A stretch of 29,060 nt of DNA from Tolypothrix carrinoi HA7290-LM1 (lineage in GTDB: Bacteria > Cyanobacteriota > Cyanobacteriia > Cyanobacteriales > Nostocaceae): positions 1 to 29,060 of the forward strand of contig JAHHIK010000104.1 in the NCBI GenBank assembly GCA_019358935.1, written 5' to 3'. Made by a program: the position numbers and the translations under genes. Shown piece after piece: positions 17,644-27,648 of this stretch. The notes beneath the pieces are model-generated. The model was not told where the DNA came from, ran no database searches, and saw only the letters and a list, made by a program, of their open reading frames with translations. Position 1 is the first letter of the stretch, and the number at the start of each line of letters is the position of its first letter.

Positions 17644-18240
17644 TTATGAGACAGGACAACCCTGGTTATATATAATGTTGGCAATTTCGTGCAGTGATTT
17701 GAAATTGCTTATCAACCAGCCTGTTGAGGTTTTCTCTAAAGTGAAATCATGTATCGCTATATGTTCAGGTTGATATCCTATACAACGATTTGGGTAAAGC
17801 CAATATGTAACATTATTTACTTTTTTACTAGCTTTTATTTTTACCTTTTCGTTATGAATCGCTTGATAATTTTCAAAATTAGTTTTGCTATAATCGTAGT
17901 TCATGTTAATAAAACTGAGTTTTTCACCAGTAGGTAATTGAGAATTTGCTTCTATTAACCTTTCTCTAGCCTTAAGTGCTTCCCCCGTGTAAGATTTGCG
18001 TAGCTCATCTTTGTTTAAATTCTTAAGAGCATTACGAAAAGTAATGTAAGAAGTATCAACAACTGATTCTATTTCTGATTGTTCCGGTGTAGGTTCAGGG
18101 GTTGGCAGTTTAGTGTCACCTGGAGGAGCGGTCTCACCTGGAAGAGTTATAGGTTTATGAGAAATAAAGAACGGTGAGATAGCAGTAATGACTGCTGCTA
18201 TTCCAATTAGCCACATATAGCGACCTGGAGGAGAATTCAT
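17644..18240 (-). CDS. Membrane-anchored hypothetical protein, possibly with an NTF2-like/ARC6-IMS-like C-terminal domain
   Basis: N-terminal TM, Pro-rich linker (PTPEPTPE), then YTGEALK and a terminal FTLEKTSTGWLISNF strand pattern. Confidence 0.65.
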   Translation of the reverse strand: MNSPPGRYMWLIGIAAVITAISPFFISHKPITLPGETAPPGDTKLPTPEPTPEQSEIESVVDTSYITFRNALKNLNKDELRKSYTGEALKARERLIEANSQLPTGEKLSFINMNYDYSKTNFENYQAIHNEKVKIKASKKVNNVTYWLYPNRCIGYQPEHIAIHDFTLEKTSTGWLISNFKSLHEIANIIYNQGCPVS

Positions 18241-18462
18241 AATCTATAAGAGGATGTTTGAAAAGTCGCAAAGTTTACCTCTGAACCCCGGCTTACGCAA
18301 AGGGTCGCAGAGTTTTTAAATATAAAATATTCAATCACACTAATGCCACCAAATTTGATATGAGTTGTAAAAATTAAGATTTTGCAATATAGAAACGTTT
18401 AAACGGTAAATTTCACGAATGATTAATGTTGATGAAATAAGCCTGCGGTGATTATTTTAAAA

Positions 18463-19038
18463 TTATTTTGCAGTTCTAACACAAGGCGCTTCATTAGTGG
18501 AAGGGGGGTCAGCGAAAATTGCTAAAGTGCTATATTCAGGGTTCCCTTCGCCATATAGTACTCGAAATGCATACAACTTTGTTTTGCCTTGTTTTTCAGT
18601 AACTACTGTTAAAAGCGTATTACTAGTATTAGGCAATCCGGCAATTTTAAGTTTGGGAATTCGTCTAAGTTGAATTACATTCGCGGCTGAGTTTTTACAA
18701 TCTCCTTGACTAACATTGCGTTCTTGACCAAACTGCATACACATCGGACCGTCAAAATCTATAGTTACCTGTGAAGGGTCGTTTAACCAAACTTTCTTAA
18801 TTGTTTCTCCGGCTTGAATAAAACTTAAGTTTGTTCCTTGTTGATACCAAATATCGATCTGAGGTGTTGCTCCCCCCAAACCCTGTGCTTGGCAGGAAAA
18901 CATCGAACGAAGAACGGCATTATTAGCTAAAACACGACCTGCAACTAATAAAATTGCAGTTGAAAAAATCAAGGTAGCCAGATGTAATAAATAAGATTTA
19001 TCTGGGGTTTCTCCTGGAAATTTTGTCTCGTTTTTCAT
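18463..19038 (-). CDS. Exported T4SS-cluster protein, VirB9-like by position
   Basis: Signal-like segment followed by a beta-rich domain (GTNLSFIQAGETIKKVWLNDPS; TLLTVVT; LYAFRV). It overlaps the upstream gene by 4 bp (ATGA). Confidence 0.6.
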   Translation of the reverse strand: MKNETKFPGETPDKSYLLHLATLIFSTAILLVAGRVLANNAVLRSMFSCQAQGLGGATPQIDIWYQQGTNLSFIQAGETIKKVWLNDPSQVTIDFDGPMCMQFGQERNVSQGDCKNSAANVIQLRRIPKLKIAGLPNTSNTLLTVVTEKQGKTKLYAFRVLYGEGNPEYSTLAIFADPPSTNEAPCVRTAK

Positions 19039-20750
19039 GGCTGGAAAGTTTGAATTACATATAGTTCAACTTCTTTACCTGGGGGCAGAAACCAAACGTT
19101 AGTTTGTTGATTCTGTCTTCTAGTGAAAGCTTGTTGATTGCGTTGGTTAATTTGGGTACCTAGAGTAGTCGCACCACCTTCCAAAACCCCGGCTAAGACG
19201 TTGCGTCTGCTGGAGTTGCGAGAACTACTCCTTCGTGCATAGCATCGGTTTCTCTCTTCACGATCCTCAATAGGTATATCACCACAGTACTCCGGGTATT
19301 GATAATCAGGAGTATTATATATCTGTGCTGCTTTACCAACACCATTCAAGACGAATCCTCCTACATCCGCTATCCCTACCCCAGACCCCCCTTCATTGGA
19401 AAATCGGCTTGCTATGAGAGGTTTGCCTTGAGGAGCGCGAATCGTTAGTGCATATGGCGGTAAGCTTTTTTCTATGAAGCTGTTATTATTTTGGAGAATA
19501 ACTTTGACTACATCCAACTGTACGAAGCCTTGCTCGGAAATAGAACGAACTTGAACTAAGAACTGGGTTTTTGCAGGTAAAGCGATCGCACCATCTACAG
19601 ATTTTAATGGCTCTTTCAAAACCGCTACAAATACGTCTTTGCCGCTTTCGTCTTTTCTATTACTATTAGTAGTTGACCTAGTACTTTCCCCGAATACAGC
19701 GGTCGCAAATACAGCTTTCGCCTTAGTTCCTACAGCCACGGATTTCGGGGTCTGCTGTTTTGTTTGGCTGACCGCAGGGGCTGACTCTTCTTCTGGTTCG
19801 TCGTCTGGCTCGGTATTTGTTGCCTGTAACCGAGTATTATTTACAAGAGGTGGAGGAGGAGTTGCTTGAACAGCACTTGTACCAGTGATAGAAACCATAC
19901 CGTAGCTACCTAATTTTGCTAACTTTGCCCATTCCTGAAGCGGATCTGGTGTGGGTTTGGGAGTTGCTGTAACTATTTGCCGAGTGTTTGCTGCAACTAT
20001 CGGCAAACGTGATGGTAAAATTTGAGAGTTAACAGGCTTTTGTAGAATCGGCTTTAGTGCGATCGCCTTTTGGGGAATAGGCTTTTGGGGAATAGGCTTT
20101 TGTGGAGCAGAGGGTACTTTAACGATACGCTCAACAGTGACTGTGCGAGGCACATAAACTGTTCGCACGGGTGTTGGTATCCTTTGCAGTGGTATCCTCG
20201 GTGTATTGACAGAAGCTGACCGTTGTGCTTGTGGAGTCGGTCGAGATGCAAGCTGAGGAGAAGGCGTTGGTTTTTGAAGTCTCAACTTTTGTTGTGCTGC
20301 TTTCACCGCTTCTGCTTGTTCAGTCAGGGCTAATTTAGTTTTTAAAGTCTCTAGTTCTGATTGTAGCTGTTGAGGGCGGGATTCGCTGATTGGTTGCGAT
20401 CGCGTGGAAACAGAATCATTCTTTTTTGGCTGTTGCTTGCCAGTGTTCATTAGCTGCGACAAAAACACCCCAGCCACCAAAACTATACCCAAAGTACCAG
20501 CACCCACCAAGCCTAACTTAGCAAACGGGTTAGATGAAAGAGGTTCAAGAGTGCGAACTTCTTGTGGTTCAGACGAAGGCTGCACTCCTGAAGTTGATTC
20601 TTCTTGTGCTTGGTCGGTATTAGCTTCGGAAGATTCTTCTTGCAAGCCAACCAATCTTGCCATCCGTGATTCCCAATCTAAAGAATCTAATTCGGGTGGA
20701 CTAACTCGATTTGGTGGCAGATTTTCTGAAGGAATTGAATATCCAGTCAT
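19035..20750 (-). CDS. TrbI/VirB10-like protein
   Basis: Cytoplasmic N-terminus, one TM (NPFAKLGLVGAGTL...), coiled coil, long Pro-rich linker, and a C-terminal beta domain (VAVGTKAKA...ALPAKTQF...WFLPPGKEVELYV). Confidence 0.75.
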   Translation of the reverse strand: MTGYSIPSENLPPNRVSPPELDSLDWESRMARLVGLQEESSEANTDQAQEESTSGVQPSSEPQEVRTLEPLSSNPFAKLGLVGAGTLGIVLVAGVFLSQLMNTGKQQPKKNDSVSTRSQPISESRPQQLQSELETLKTKLALTEQAEAVKAAQQKLRLQKPTPSPQLASRPTPQAQRSASVNTPRIPLQRIPTPVRTVYVPRTVTVERIVKVPSAPQKPIPQKPIPQKAIALKPILQKPVNSQILPSRLPIVAANTRQIVTATPKPTPDPLQEWAKLAKLGSYGMVSITGTSAVQATPPPPLVNNTRLQATNTEPDDEPEEESAPAVSQTKQQTPKSVAVGTKAKAVFATAVFGESTRSTTNSNRKDESGKDVFVAVLKEPLKSVDGAIALPAKTQFLVQVRSISEQGFVQLDVVKVILQNNNSFIEKSLPPYALTIRAPQGKPLIASRFSNEGGSGVGIADVGGFVLNGVGKAAQIYNTPDYQYPEYCGDIPIEDREERNRCYARRSSSRNSSRRNVLAGVLEGGATTLGTQINQRNQQAFTRRQNQQTNVWFLPPGKEVELYVIQTFQP

Positions 20751-20837
20751 AAGTAATTTTAAATTGAGTGTTCAACAATCCAATTGTGGCAAGCATCTTC
20801 AGCGTTGACACCATTTATCTATAGAAATGAGCCTAAT

Positions 20838-20892
20838 TAGCCCACGCAGGTGGGCTTTGTTTGTCTAGCCCCAGGCTTCCAGCCTGAGGGCG
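20838..20892. repeat. REP-like double hairpin
   Basis: AGCCCAC-GCAG-GTGGGCT and CAGGCT-TCC-AGCCTG. Confidence 0.7.
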
Positions 20893-20974
20893 AATGAAGC
20901 GCAACATCACGACGAATTATATAACTAGATATAAATTCGACGTGCGATTACTTAGTATAGTTTAACTTATAATT

Positions 20975-21637
20975 TTATGAACATTTTTTATCTTGTATTT
21001 CACAGATATTATAAATTTTTAATCTAGCTTCGCCAAGTCGATAAGCTGCCAAGTTCAAAGGTAACGGTGAGTTTGGTAGTGAAGCGGCTTGTTCATCAAT
21101 TGCTCTAACTAAAATTTGTTTATTAAAAGAAACTGATTTTCCCAATCTATCAGAATTGGTAAAAATTATTTGATTAGCAAACATTTCCACTTTCCACTTA
21201 CCATCTTCTATTTTTGTGGGTTGAGAAATGCTTTGTATAACCAATACATTTTCAGTTCCTCTACTTAAGTTTTCAGTGGGACTAATTTCTGACTCTAATT
21301 TTGGCTGCAATTCATTCGCTATCAGTTCAGAACTAACTTCCCAAACAGTTTTTGGTTGCTGTTGCTGCGACCAAGTAAGCATTAAAGTCATAGTTTCACC
21401 CACAAAGCGCCGAATAGTCTGAGGATCTCGCTCTAAATTTAGTTTGGGGTCTACTGTTATGGCATGTCCATCAGCAAGTTGCACTAAGCTTTGAGGTGTT
21501 AATCGTCGCTGTAACTGCTGCAACATAGACCAGTGGAAGAACAGTACTAATAAAGTGAGCAAATGCAAACCAAAAGTTGCGACAGCAAATAATGGTAAAA
21601 TACTGCTTTTCTTATTTTCCGACTTAAGTATCTGCAT
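20975..21637 (-). CDS. Bitopic T4SS-cluster protein, VirB8-like (paralog 2)
   Basis: One N-terminal TM, LVQLADG, ERDPQTIRRFVGETMTLMLTW, GKWKV, FNKQILVRA, LKIYNI. Confidence 0.65.
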   Translation of the reverse strand: MQILKSENKKSSILPLFAVATFGLHLLTLLVLFFHWSMLQQLQRRLTPQSLVQLADGHAITVDPKLNLERDPQTIRRFVGETMTLMLTWSQQQQPKTVWEVSSELIANELQPKLESEISPTENLSRGTENVLVIQSISQPTKIEDGKWKVEMFANQIIFTNSDRLGKSVSFNKQILVRAIDEQAASLPNSPLPLNLAAYRLGEARLKIYNICEIQDKKCS

Positions 21638-21744
21638 TAATATTCTCCCAAATAATACAACGCAAAAACCCTCTCAAACTCTTATTTATTGGCGTACTTG
21701 GCACCCTAGGCGGTTCGTTTTTCATTCTCTTAAAGAAATTAAAA

Positions 21745-21870
21745 TATAGCAATCCTAAATAAGTTGTGAGATTTGATTTTAAAACTCTCTTTCTCTTTCT
21801 CCGTGTTCTCTGTGCCTCTGCGGTTCGTTTACTCAAGATATATTTTCACAAATCAGATAGGATTGCTATA
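21745..21870. mobile_element. MITE-like element (126 bp) with terminal inverted repeats and TA ends
   Basis: Perfect 13-bp TIR TATAGCAATCCTA...TAGGATTGCTATA with a TTGTGA/TCACAA extension. It abuts the stop codon of 21871..22689. Confidence 0.8.
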
Positions 21871-22689
21871 TTATTTAATAAAACTATCAGTTCTTTGTCT
21901 ATTACCGCATACATTTATATCTTGATTCTGGTTATTGTATTCATCGATTAAACATAAATTACGAATTTCGTAAATTTCTAGTTTATCGGCGCGGACACTA
22001 TAAATTGCTTTTTGCAGAACAGTGGTATTATCAACTTGTGGATAAGCAAAAGAATCTACCGCCCGGACAAGTAAATCTTTATTAAAACGAGTTACTATTG
22101 TTCTATTGTCAGCTTGTTTTTTTTGAATCAAGTCAGCTACCATCCCAACTCGCCATTTACCCAAACCAATTTTTTCAGGTGGATAAACTCGCTTAATAGC
22201 TAACTGTCCGGAAATAACTTGACGGGGGTTATTAGAAAAAACTTCTGGGGGTGTCATTTCCGCAATTTGGCTTAAGAAACCTTTGCGAAAATCTTCAGAT
22301 AAGGCAAAACTGGCTATCCAACTTGTAGTACTAACTTTTTGGCTACCCCCTCGTAAAGTTTGAATTGATATTCCTGCATCTGCTTGAGGTTGTGTGACTT
22401 CTTCGATAGATTGTGGTGGAAGTTTTCCCGACCAGTTAAACATTGATGTCATCGTTTTGCTGACGAATTGCCGAATTGCTTCTGGTTCTCTTTCCACATC
22501 AGGAAGATTTGCTGGTTTGCCATCTATCAGTTGCACAAAGTTAGGAGGTTTTCTCAAGCTGAGTTGGCGAATATTTATGCCTTGAAATATTAATAAAAAT
22601 ATAGCCGATAGATGCAAACTGAAAGTAGCGATCGCAAAAATTGTTAAAATACTTCCTGTTCGTTGTCTTTTCTCCAGTAAACGTACCAT
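21871..22689 (-). CDS. Bitopic T4SS-cluster protein, VirB8-like (paralog 1)
   Basis: One N-terminal TM, FVQLIDG, EREPEAIRQFVSKTMTSMFNW, GKWRV, FNKDLLVRA, LEIYEI. Confidence 0.65.
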   Translation of the reverse strand: MVRLLEKRQRTGSILTIFAIATFSLHLSAIFLLIFQGINIRQLSLRKPPNFVQLIDGKPANLPDVEREPEAIRQFVSKTMTSMFNWSGKLPPQSIEEVTQPQADAGISIQTLRGGSQKVSTTSWIASFALSEDFRKGFLSQIAEMTPPEVFSNNPRQVISGQLAIKRVYPPEKIGLGKWRVGMVADLIQKKQADNRTIVTRFNKDLLVRAVDSFAYPQVDNTTVLQKAIYSVRADKLEIYEIRNLCLIDEYNNQNQDINVCGNRQRTDSFIK

Positions 22690-22713
22690 TTTCTCATCCC
22701 CCTTACTTGAGAT

Positions 22714-23775
22714 TTATACCCTCTCCCTCACCCACGAAGCCGTATTGCTGATAGCACTAAAGACTGCAAATCCTCCAGCAGCAGCCACAAATAAAGATAC
22801 AATCGGGGCTAAAATTCCCAGAAAAATTATAAACCACATTAAGTCTGGATCGGCATTAGGATTCTGTCCCGGTCCATTAACAATAACTGCGGCAGTTAAT
22901 ATGGCAATAATATTAAATGAAATCTTAGAAATCCCTACAGATAAAAACCCGGTAAGCCATGCAAAAATGGGTTTACCAGCTACAGGTAGTAAAGATGCAC
23001 CCACAGCTAACGGTCCCAAAGCTGCTATCAGCAACATTGTAGCTTCTATCAAATTTTGAAAAGCATATTGCAATGAAATTAAAAAGTTTTTGATGCTAGT
23101 TTGGACTGTAGAACCCAACAAAGAATCAAATGAATTTTCCGAGATATAAACTGTAGGATCTGCAATATTATTTACTTTATTTTCTAGTCTATATATCCAA
23201 TTTATATCTCTTCCGTATAAATTTTTATATTCCTCCAAGAGTTTGTCAGCTTCTTCCTTGGCTTTGACAAAGCATTGATTTTGTTGTTCACCAGTAAGTG
23301 ACTGGCAAGGACGCAATAAAGAACCGACTATATCTTCAGCAACACTCATATTCAGTGCTTGCTGATAAGTTTGATTAGCGTCTGCTGTTGCCACTACTTG
23401 CTGATTCACTCCATTGAGATAATTCCTTACCCCTAATGTCAAATTCGACAAGACAGTGCCGTTTCCGGAATTGGTTAATAGTATCACTACTACAAAAGGC
23501 CAAATTAAAGCCGATATTGGACGGGAAAATTCGCTGTTGATAGCATCTTTTAGCCACTGTAACATAAAAAACAGTAGGGTTCCGACGGCAAAAAAGGTAC
23601 CCAGACTCGTCAGCGCTCCATATATATTAGTAGTAGTGTCATTTTGTAATAAATTTACCCATTGTTGATCCCAACTTTCGGCAATACTTGTAGCGGTTGC
23701 GGCTCCAGCTCCATTGACGAGAACATCATCATTGTTGCCAATTTGAAGTAAAAAAGTTGGGAAAATATCTTTCAT
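22714..23775 (-). CDS. Polytopic T4SS-cluster membrane protein, VirB6/TrbL-like
   Basis: Two N-terminal TMs, a large loop with a Cys pair, then LIAALGPLAVGASLLP...WL and further TMs ending in LAPIVSLFVAAAGG. Confidence 0.7.
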   Translation of the reverse strand: MKDIFPTFLLQIGNNDDVLVNGAGAATATSIAESWDQQWVNLLQNDTTTNIYGALTSLGTFFAVGTLLFFMLQWLKDAINSEFSRPISALIWPFVVVILLTNSGNGTVLSNLTLGVRNYLNGVNQQVVATADANQTYQQALNMSVAEDIVGSLLRPCQSLTGEQQNQCFVKAKEEADKLLEEYKNLYGRDINWIYRLENKVNNIADPTVYISENSFDSLLGSTVQTSIKNFLISLQYAFQNLIEATMLLIAALGPLAVGASLLPVAGKPIFAWLTGFLSVGISKISFNIIAILTAAVIVNGPGQNPNADPDLMWFIIFLGILAPIVSLFVAAAGGFAVFSAISNTASWVRERV

Positions 23776-23869
23776 TTTTATAGATTTCCTTTAAAAGGAA
23801 GTTAAGGCTCAATTAAATTATTTATGATAAGTGTAAATAAAGGTTTCTCGTAGTAAATAAATTTTAAGC

Positions 23870-23943
23870 GTAGGGTGTGTTAGACGAAAGTACGGCATCA
23901 AATTCGTCATGGTGCGTTAGGCAAATGCCGTAACGCACCCTAC
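23870..23943. repeat. GTAG-type REP-like palindrome
   Basis: GTAGGGTGTGTTA...GGTGCGTTAGGCAAATGCCGTAACGCACCCTAC. Confidence 0.75.
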
Positions 23944-23980
23944 TACTCACTACGTAAGAATACGTTCTTAATCATGAATT

Positions 23981-24760
23981 TTAGTTGTTAACTTTTCTGC
24001 CAAACAAATCTGTTTGAGAAGTGGTTCGCAAAAGTCGCGCTGCTTCTGCGGATGCGTCTACTCTTCTAGCACGATTTGTATCTTCCATTTGCTGAGAAAG
24101 ATTTGCGAGATTTAAATTAGTGTATTGCAAAGATTGATTCGTCTGTATTGTTTGACCAAGTGTTTCGGCTACAATTTTTACTTGTTCGCGTTGTATTCTA
24201 ACGGTTTGCACTTGAGTAGCACCTGTCAATTGTGTTAATGCAGTTCCCGCCGTACTAGCCTGAGCAAGATTCCTGATAAAATCTGGAATTTGTCCGATCA
24301 GATTATTCTCTGTCTCATCCTGCGCGTCAAACACGCCAATATTTTCCAGTCTATTTTCAGTATCTTGTAGCTTTGTTTTTGACCTATTTTGACCTTCACC
24401 CAAAATACCTGCGGCTGAACTACGAGTAATTAAACGATTTCTTTCATTACTAACTAAAGTTGAACGTACTTCAGGATTATTTTCAAACTTATCTGATATG
24501 GAGTTGAGAAATCTATCATTTTCTCCGGTATCAAAAGGGTTAGGTATTTTAAATTCTCCTGTTACGTTAGGAATGGCATATTCAGATTGAAGTTCTAGTT
24601 TTAAACTGTCGTTTCCATTTACATTTACATTATCTGTAAAATATTTTTGTAAATCGTTAGAATATGATTTAAAATCAGTCCAAACTTTGCCTAGTTGCGC
24701 TGTTGCTGGTAGGATGATGAGGAATGATAGAGAAAGTGTTAAAAGGGCGATTTTTTTCAT
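23981..24760 (-). CDS. Secreted helical T4SS-cluster protein, VirB5/TrbJ-like by position
   Basis: Sec signal MKKIALLTLSLSFLIILPATA|Q and a Q/N-rich helical C-terminus. It lies between the VirB4-like and VirB6-like genes. Confidence 0.55.
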   Translation of the reverse strand: MKKIALLTLSLSFLIILPATAQLGKVWTDFKSYSNDLQKYFTDNVNVNGNDSLKLELQSEYAIPNVTGEFKIPNPFDTGENDRFLNSISDKFENNPEVRSTLVSNERNRLITRSSAAGILGEGQNRSKTKLQDTENRLENIGVFDAQDETENNLIGQIPDFIRNLAQASTAGTALTQLTGATQVQTVRIQREQVKIVAETLGQTIQTNQSLQYTNLNLANLSQQMEDTNRARRVDASAEAARLLRTTSQTDLFGRKVNN

Positions 24761-24903
24761 GGGTCGTAATCGGGAAAAATATCTATAGGAATTTTATTTC
24801 ATTTTTGAAATACGGCTTTTGAGAAACGAACCGCAGAGAGGCAGAGAACACAGAGGAAGAGGAAGGAGAGGGTTTGACGAATGAATGGTTTAACATTGCT
24901 ATG

Positions 24904-27648
24904 TTAACTACCACGTAATGAAGCTACTAATTGACGTGCAAATGTAGAAATTGCTTCATATTTATCGCTGTGATGTCGCATAATTTTACTCCGTGCTGCT
25001 TGTTCGTTGGGGTTGTTAGCTACTACTGCTAATTGTTCGTAACCTGGATAATAGCGGCAAAAGGTATAAATACCGTTATTATCTAACAGCCATTGGCTAT
25101 AAATGCCTTCTTTGCGAGGAAAGAAGTTTTCTGAAGCATTGCGAGAAATAATTTCACGGGGATATTTTAATATATCCATGAAACTATCGACGGCAACGGG
25201 TTGAATGCGTCCGATTAATCGTGTGCTTAAGTTTTGTAAAATCTTAGATGCGGCTTTAGATTTGGCGATGGTATCGGGGTCTTGTGCTGATAAAATAACT
25301 CTAATTCCAGCTTTTGCACCGTTGGCACAAATTCTGCCAACTAAGTCAGCAATTTGGTCAAATTCAAATAGAATTGGTGCTTCATCAATGAAAAATATGG
25401 AAGCTGGACTGCTAAGTGCGCGTCGTAATGCTGCTGAATAAGCACTTAAAGATAACACTGCTGCATCTTCATTATCTGATAGGTTTCTCAGAGCAAAAAC
25501 CAAAAGTTGTGCATCGGTGGGAAAGCTAGATGGTGCAGAAATCGATTGTCCGACGCGACTAGAAAGCCAAAATCGCAAGCGCAATTGAATTTGACTCAAG
25601 GCATCTTCAACTCTGCCACTTACAGAGTTGATTTGTAGATGTTCTGTTGTGCAAAAATAAAGAAAATCTCTTAATGTGGGGGTTTTCTGCCAAGCTGGAC
25701 TGCCAAATCCCCCTGCAATTGCTATTCGATATCGCTCTTTTATACCTTCATCTGCAAAGAATGCTGTTAAAGCCAAATTAAGAAGCGATCGCACGGTTTG
25801 CGATAACAATGGATTTTCTGTGGATGACCCTAAAACCATTGTCATTAAGGCTGATTCTAAAAAGCCTGTATAATCAAGCAGACGATCGCGTTGTTGTTCT
25901 GGATCTAGCGATCGCAAGTCTGGCTGCTCAAATAAGTTATTCGATTGTTTAGAAATATCAAAATATGCTCCACTCTTCTCCATAAACTCTGTATAGTCGG
26001 TGAAGGTAGATGTCCCATCTGGTTTGGGGAAATCTAACGCCACTACCGGAATATTATGCGCTAAAGCTTGAGTTAAAATTCCTGACACCAATACTGATTT
26101 ACCAGCACGAGTTGTCGCAAACAGCGCTAAATTTTTATGCTCGTTAAATAAATCTAAATATACCGGTGTTCCTCCCTCCTCGGCAATCAATTCAAAACCT
26201 TGGCGATCGCCAACTTTAGTTAATACTAAAGGCATTAATCCCGGTACTTCACTTGTTAAATACAACTGCCGACGGTTGAAGGGTTTTGCTAACAAACCTT
26301 CCCAAACTATCGGTAAAGTTTGCAGCCAAATTTTCCAAGCATATTCTGTTTCTCTAATTACCCTTGCTGGACGTTGAAAACAGTTTTCAATATATCTTAT
26401 TGCTTCGTCTAATTTCTCCACACTTGGACGATGTACAAAAATCGCTATCCCCGTATAAATAGGTACTGCACCTTCATATAATTGTTCTTGTGCTGCTACG
26501 GATTTTCTTAATTTTAATTGAGCGTTGACATCAATAGTTCGGCTTTTTTCTTGAGCCGTCAGTGCTGTCACATTCGACTGCTTCAGCACTCGTTGCAAAG
26601 TATTTTTTACCAATGCTGGATTTGCCGCAGTTAACTCACAAAAAATCTCTGTATCAACAACCGTTTCTCTTGCCAACAATTCCCATAAATAGCGCAGTTG
26701 AGAAGATTTATTTTGCCAACCACCAGGTTTTTCTAAAAATGTTAATGCACCAATATAATTATTCTTAACATGAACCCACGAGCGATCGGCGCAAGGTACA
26801 CTAGATTCCATCAACAAAGTTGTACTGTGGATATTATCTACAAGTAATTTGGTACTAGCTAAATCTGAATAAGCTTCTTCGTGCAGTCCATTTTCATCTA
26901 AAGTCATTAATTGCGGAATTTCTATCGGTGGGGTATCATTAAATCTTCTCCATATTTCTCCCCAAAGTTCATTACTAGTTAATGGCTTAACATCCAAAGC
27001 CATTTGATTAGATAATATTTGTTCCCAGCGATAAAAACCTTGTTTGTAAGCATTGCTCACAATGGTTTCTATACGCTGATTTTCAACTTCTGCTATATCT
27101 CCTTTGAATTTCAACCACCACGATTCAGCTTTGGCTAAAAGCCTTTCTATCGAATCATCTGTATTGGTGGAGTTGGGTTCAACGGTATAAGTTACATAAA
27201 TTTTGAGAAATTTCGGTTTGCGAATACCAGAAGCAGTAAGTTCTTTTGTTCTTGCTCTTTCCGCCATTAACAAGTATTTTATATCTTTTGATGGCGTTTG
27301 TTTGATGATTGAACTTAGTTCTTTTTGTCGCTTTTTATCGGAACTAAAAGAACTCAAATGAAAGGTTATTCTTTCATTAGCGGGAATGTCTTTTAAACCC
27401 GATTCAATATTACTAATAATTGTATCTATTTGGTCTGTTCTTAAAGTTGTATGAATACCTCGACATTCAAAACCAAAAACAAAGCAAAATCTATTTTTTT
27501 GAGTTCCCTTTGTCAAAAGATAAGCGCCTATATCACGTCCCCCAAGTGAGACGCGCAACATTGTCGCTAGGTGTAAAGCATCTTCAAATGGTGTTAATCT
27601 CTCGCTACCTGCGACGCCGACGCTTTGTTTTCCGATTTTTTGCTTCAT
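24904..27648 (-). CDS. virB4: VirB4-like type IV secretion ATPase
   Basis: 914 aa with a C-terminal P-loop domain: variant Walker A ATTRAGKS, VVALD, PTLRDF, Walker B FFIDEAP, and GAKAGIRVILSAQ. It is preceded by small membrane genes. Confidence 0.82.
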   Translation of the reverse strand: MKQKIGKQSVGVAGSERLTPFEDALHLATMLRVSLGGRDIGAYLLTKGTQKNRFCFVFGFECRGIHTTLRTDQIDTIISNIESGLKDIPANERITFHLSSFSSDKKRQKELSSIIKQTPSKDIKYLLMAERARTKELTASGIRKPKFLKIYVTYTVEPNSTNTDDSIERLLAKAESWWLKFKGDIAEVENQRIETIVSNAYKQGFYRWEQILSNQMALDVKPLTSNELWGEIWRRFNDTPPIEIPQLMTLDENGLHEEAYSDLASTKLLVDNIHSTTLLMESSVPCADRSWVHVKNNYIGALTFLEKPGGWQNKSSQLRYLWELLARETVVDTEIFCELTAANPALVKNTLQRVLKQSNVTALTAQEKSRTIDVNAQLKLRKSVAAQEQLYEGAVPIYTGIAIFVHRPSVEKLDEAIRYIENCFQRPARVIRETEYAWKIWLQTLPIVWEGLLAKPFNRRQLYLTSEVPGLMPLVLTKVGDRQGFELIAEEGGTPVYLDLFNEHKNLALFATTRAGKSVLVSGILTQALAHNIPVVALDFPKPDGTSTFTDYTEFMEKSGAYFDISKQSNNLFEQPDLRSLDPEQQRDRLLDYTGFLESALMTMVLGSSTENPLLSQTVRSLLNLALTAFFADEGIKERYRIAIAGGFGSPAWQKTPTLRDFLYFCTTEHLQINSVSGRVEDALSQIQLRLRFWLSSRVGQSISAPSSFPTDAQLLVFALRNLSDNEDAAVLSLSAYSAALRRALSSPASIFFIDEAPILFEFDQIADLVGRICANGAKAGIRVILSAQDPDTIAKSKAASKILQNLSTRLIGRIQPVAVDSFMDILKYPREIISRNASENFFPRKEGIYSQWLLDNNGIYTFCRYYPGYEQLAVVANNPNEQAARSKIMRHHSDKYEAISTFARQLVASLRGS

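Noticed and set aside
20030..20104. 15-nt tandem repeat in the VirB10-like gene as a mobile insert
   Set aside because: It encodes degenerate PQKPI repeats in a Pro-rich linker, consistent with ordinary linker expansion.
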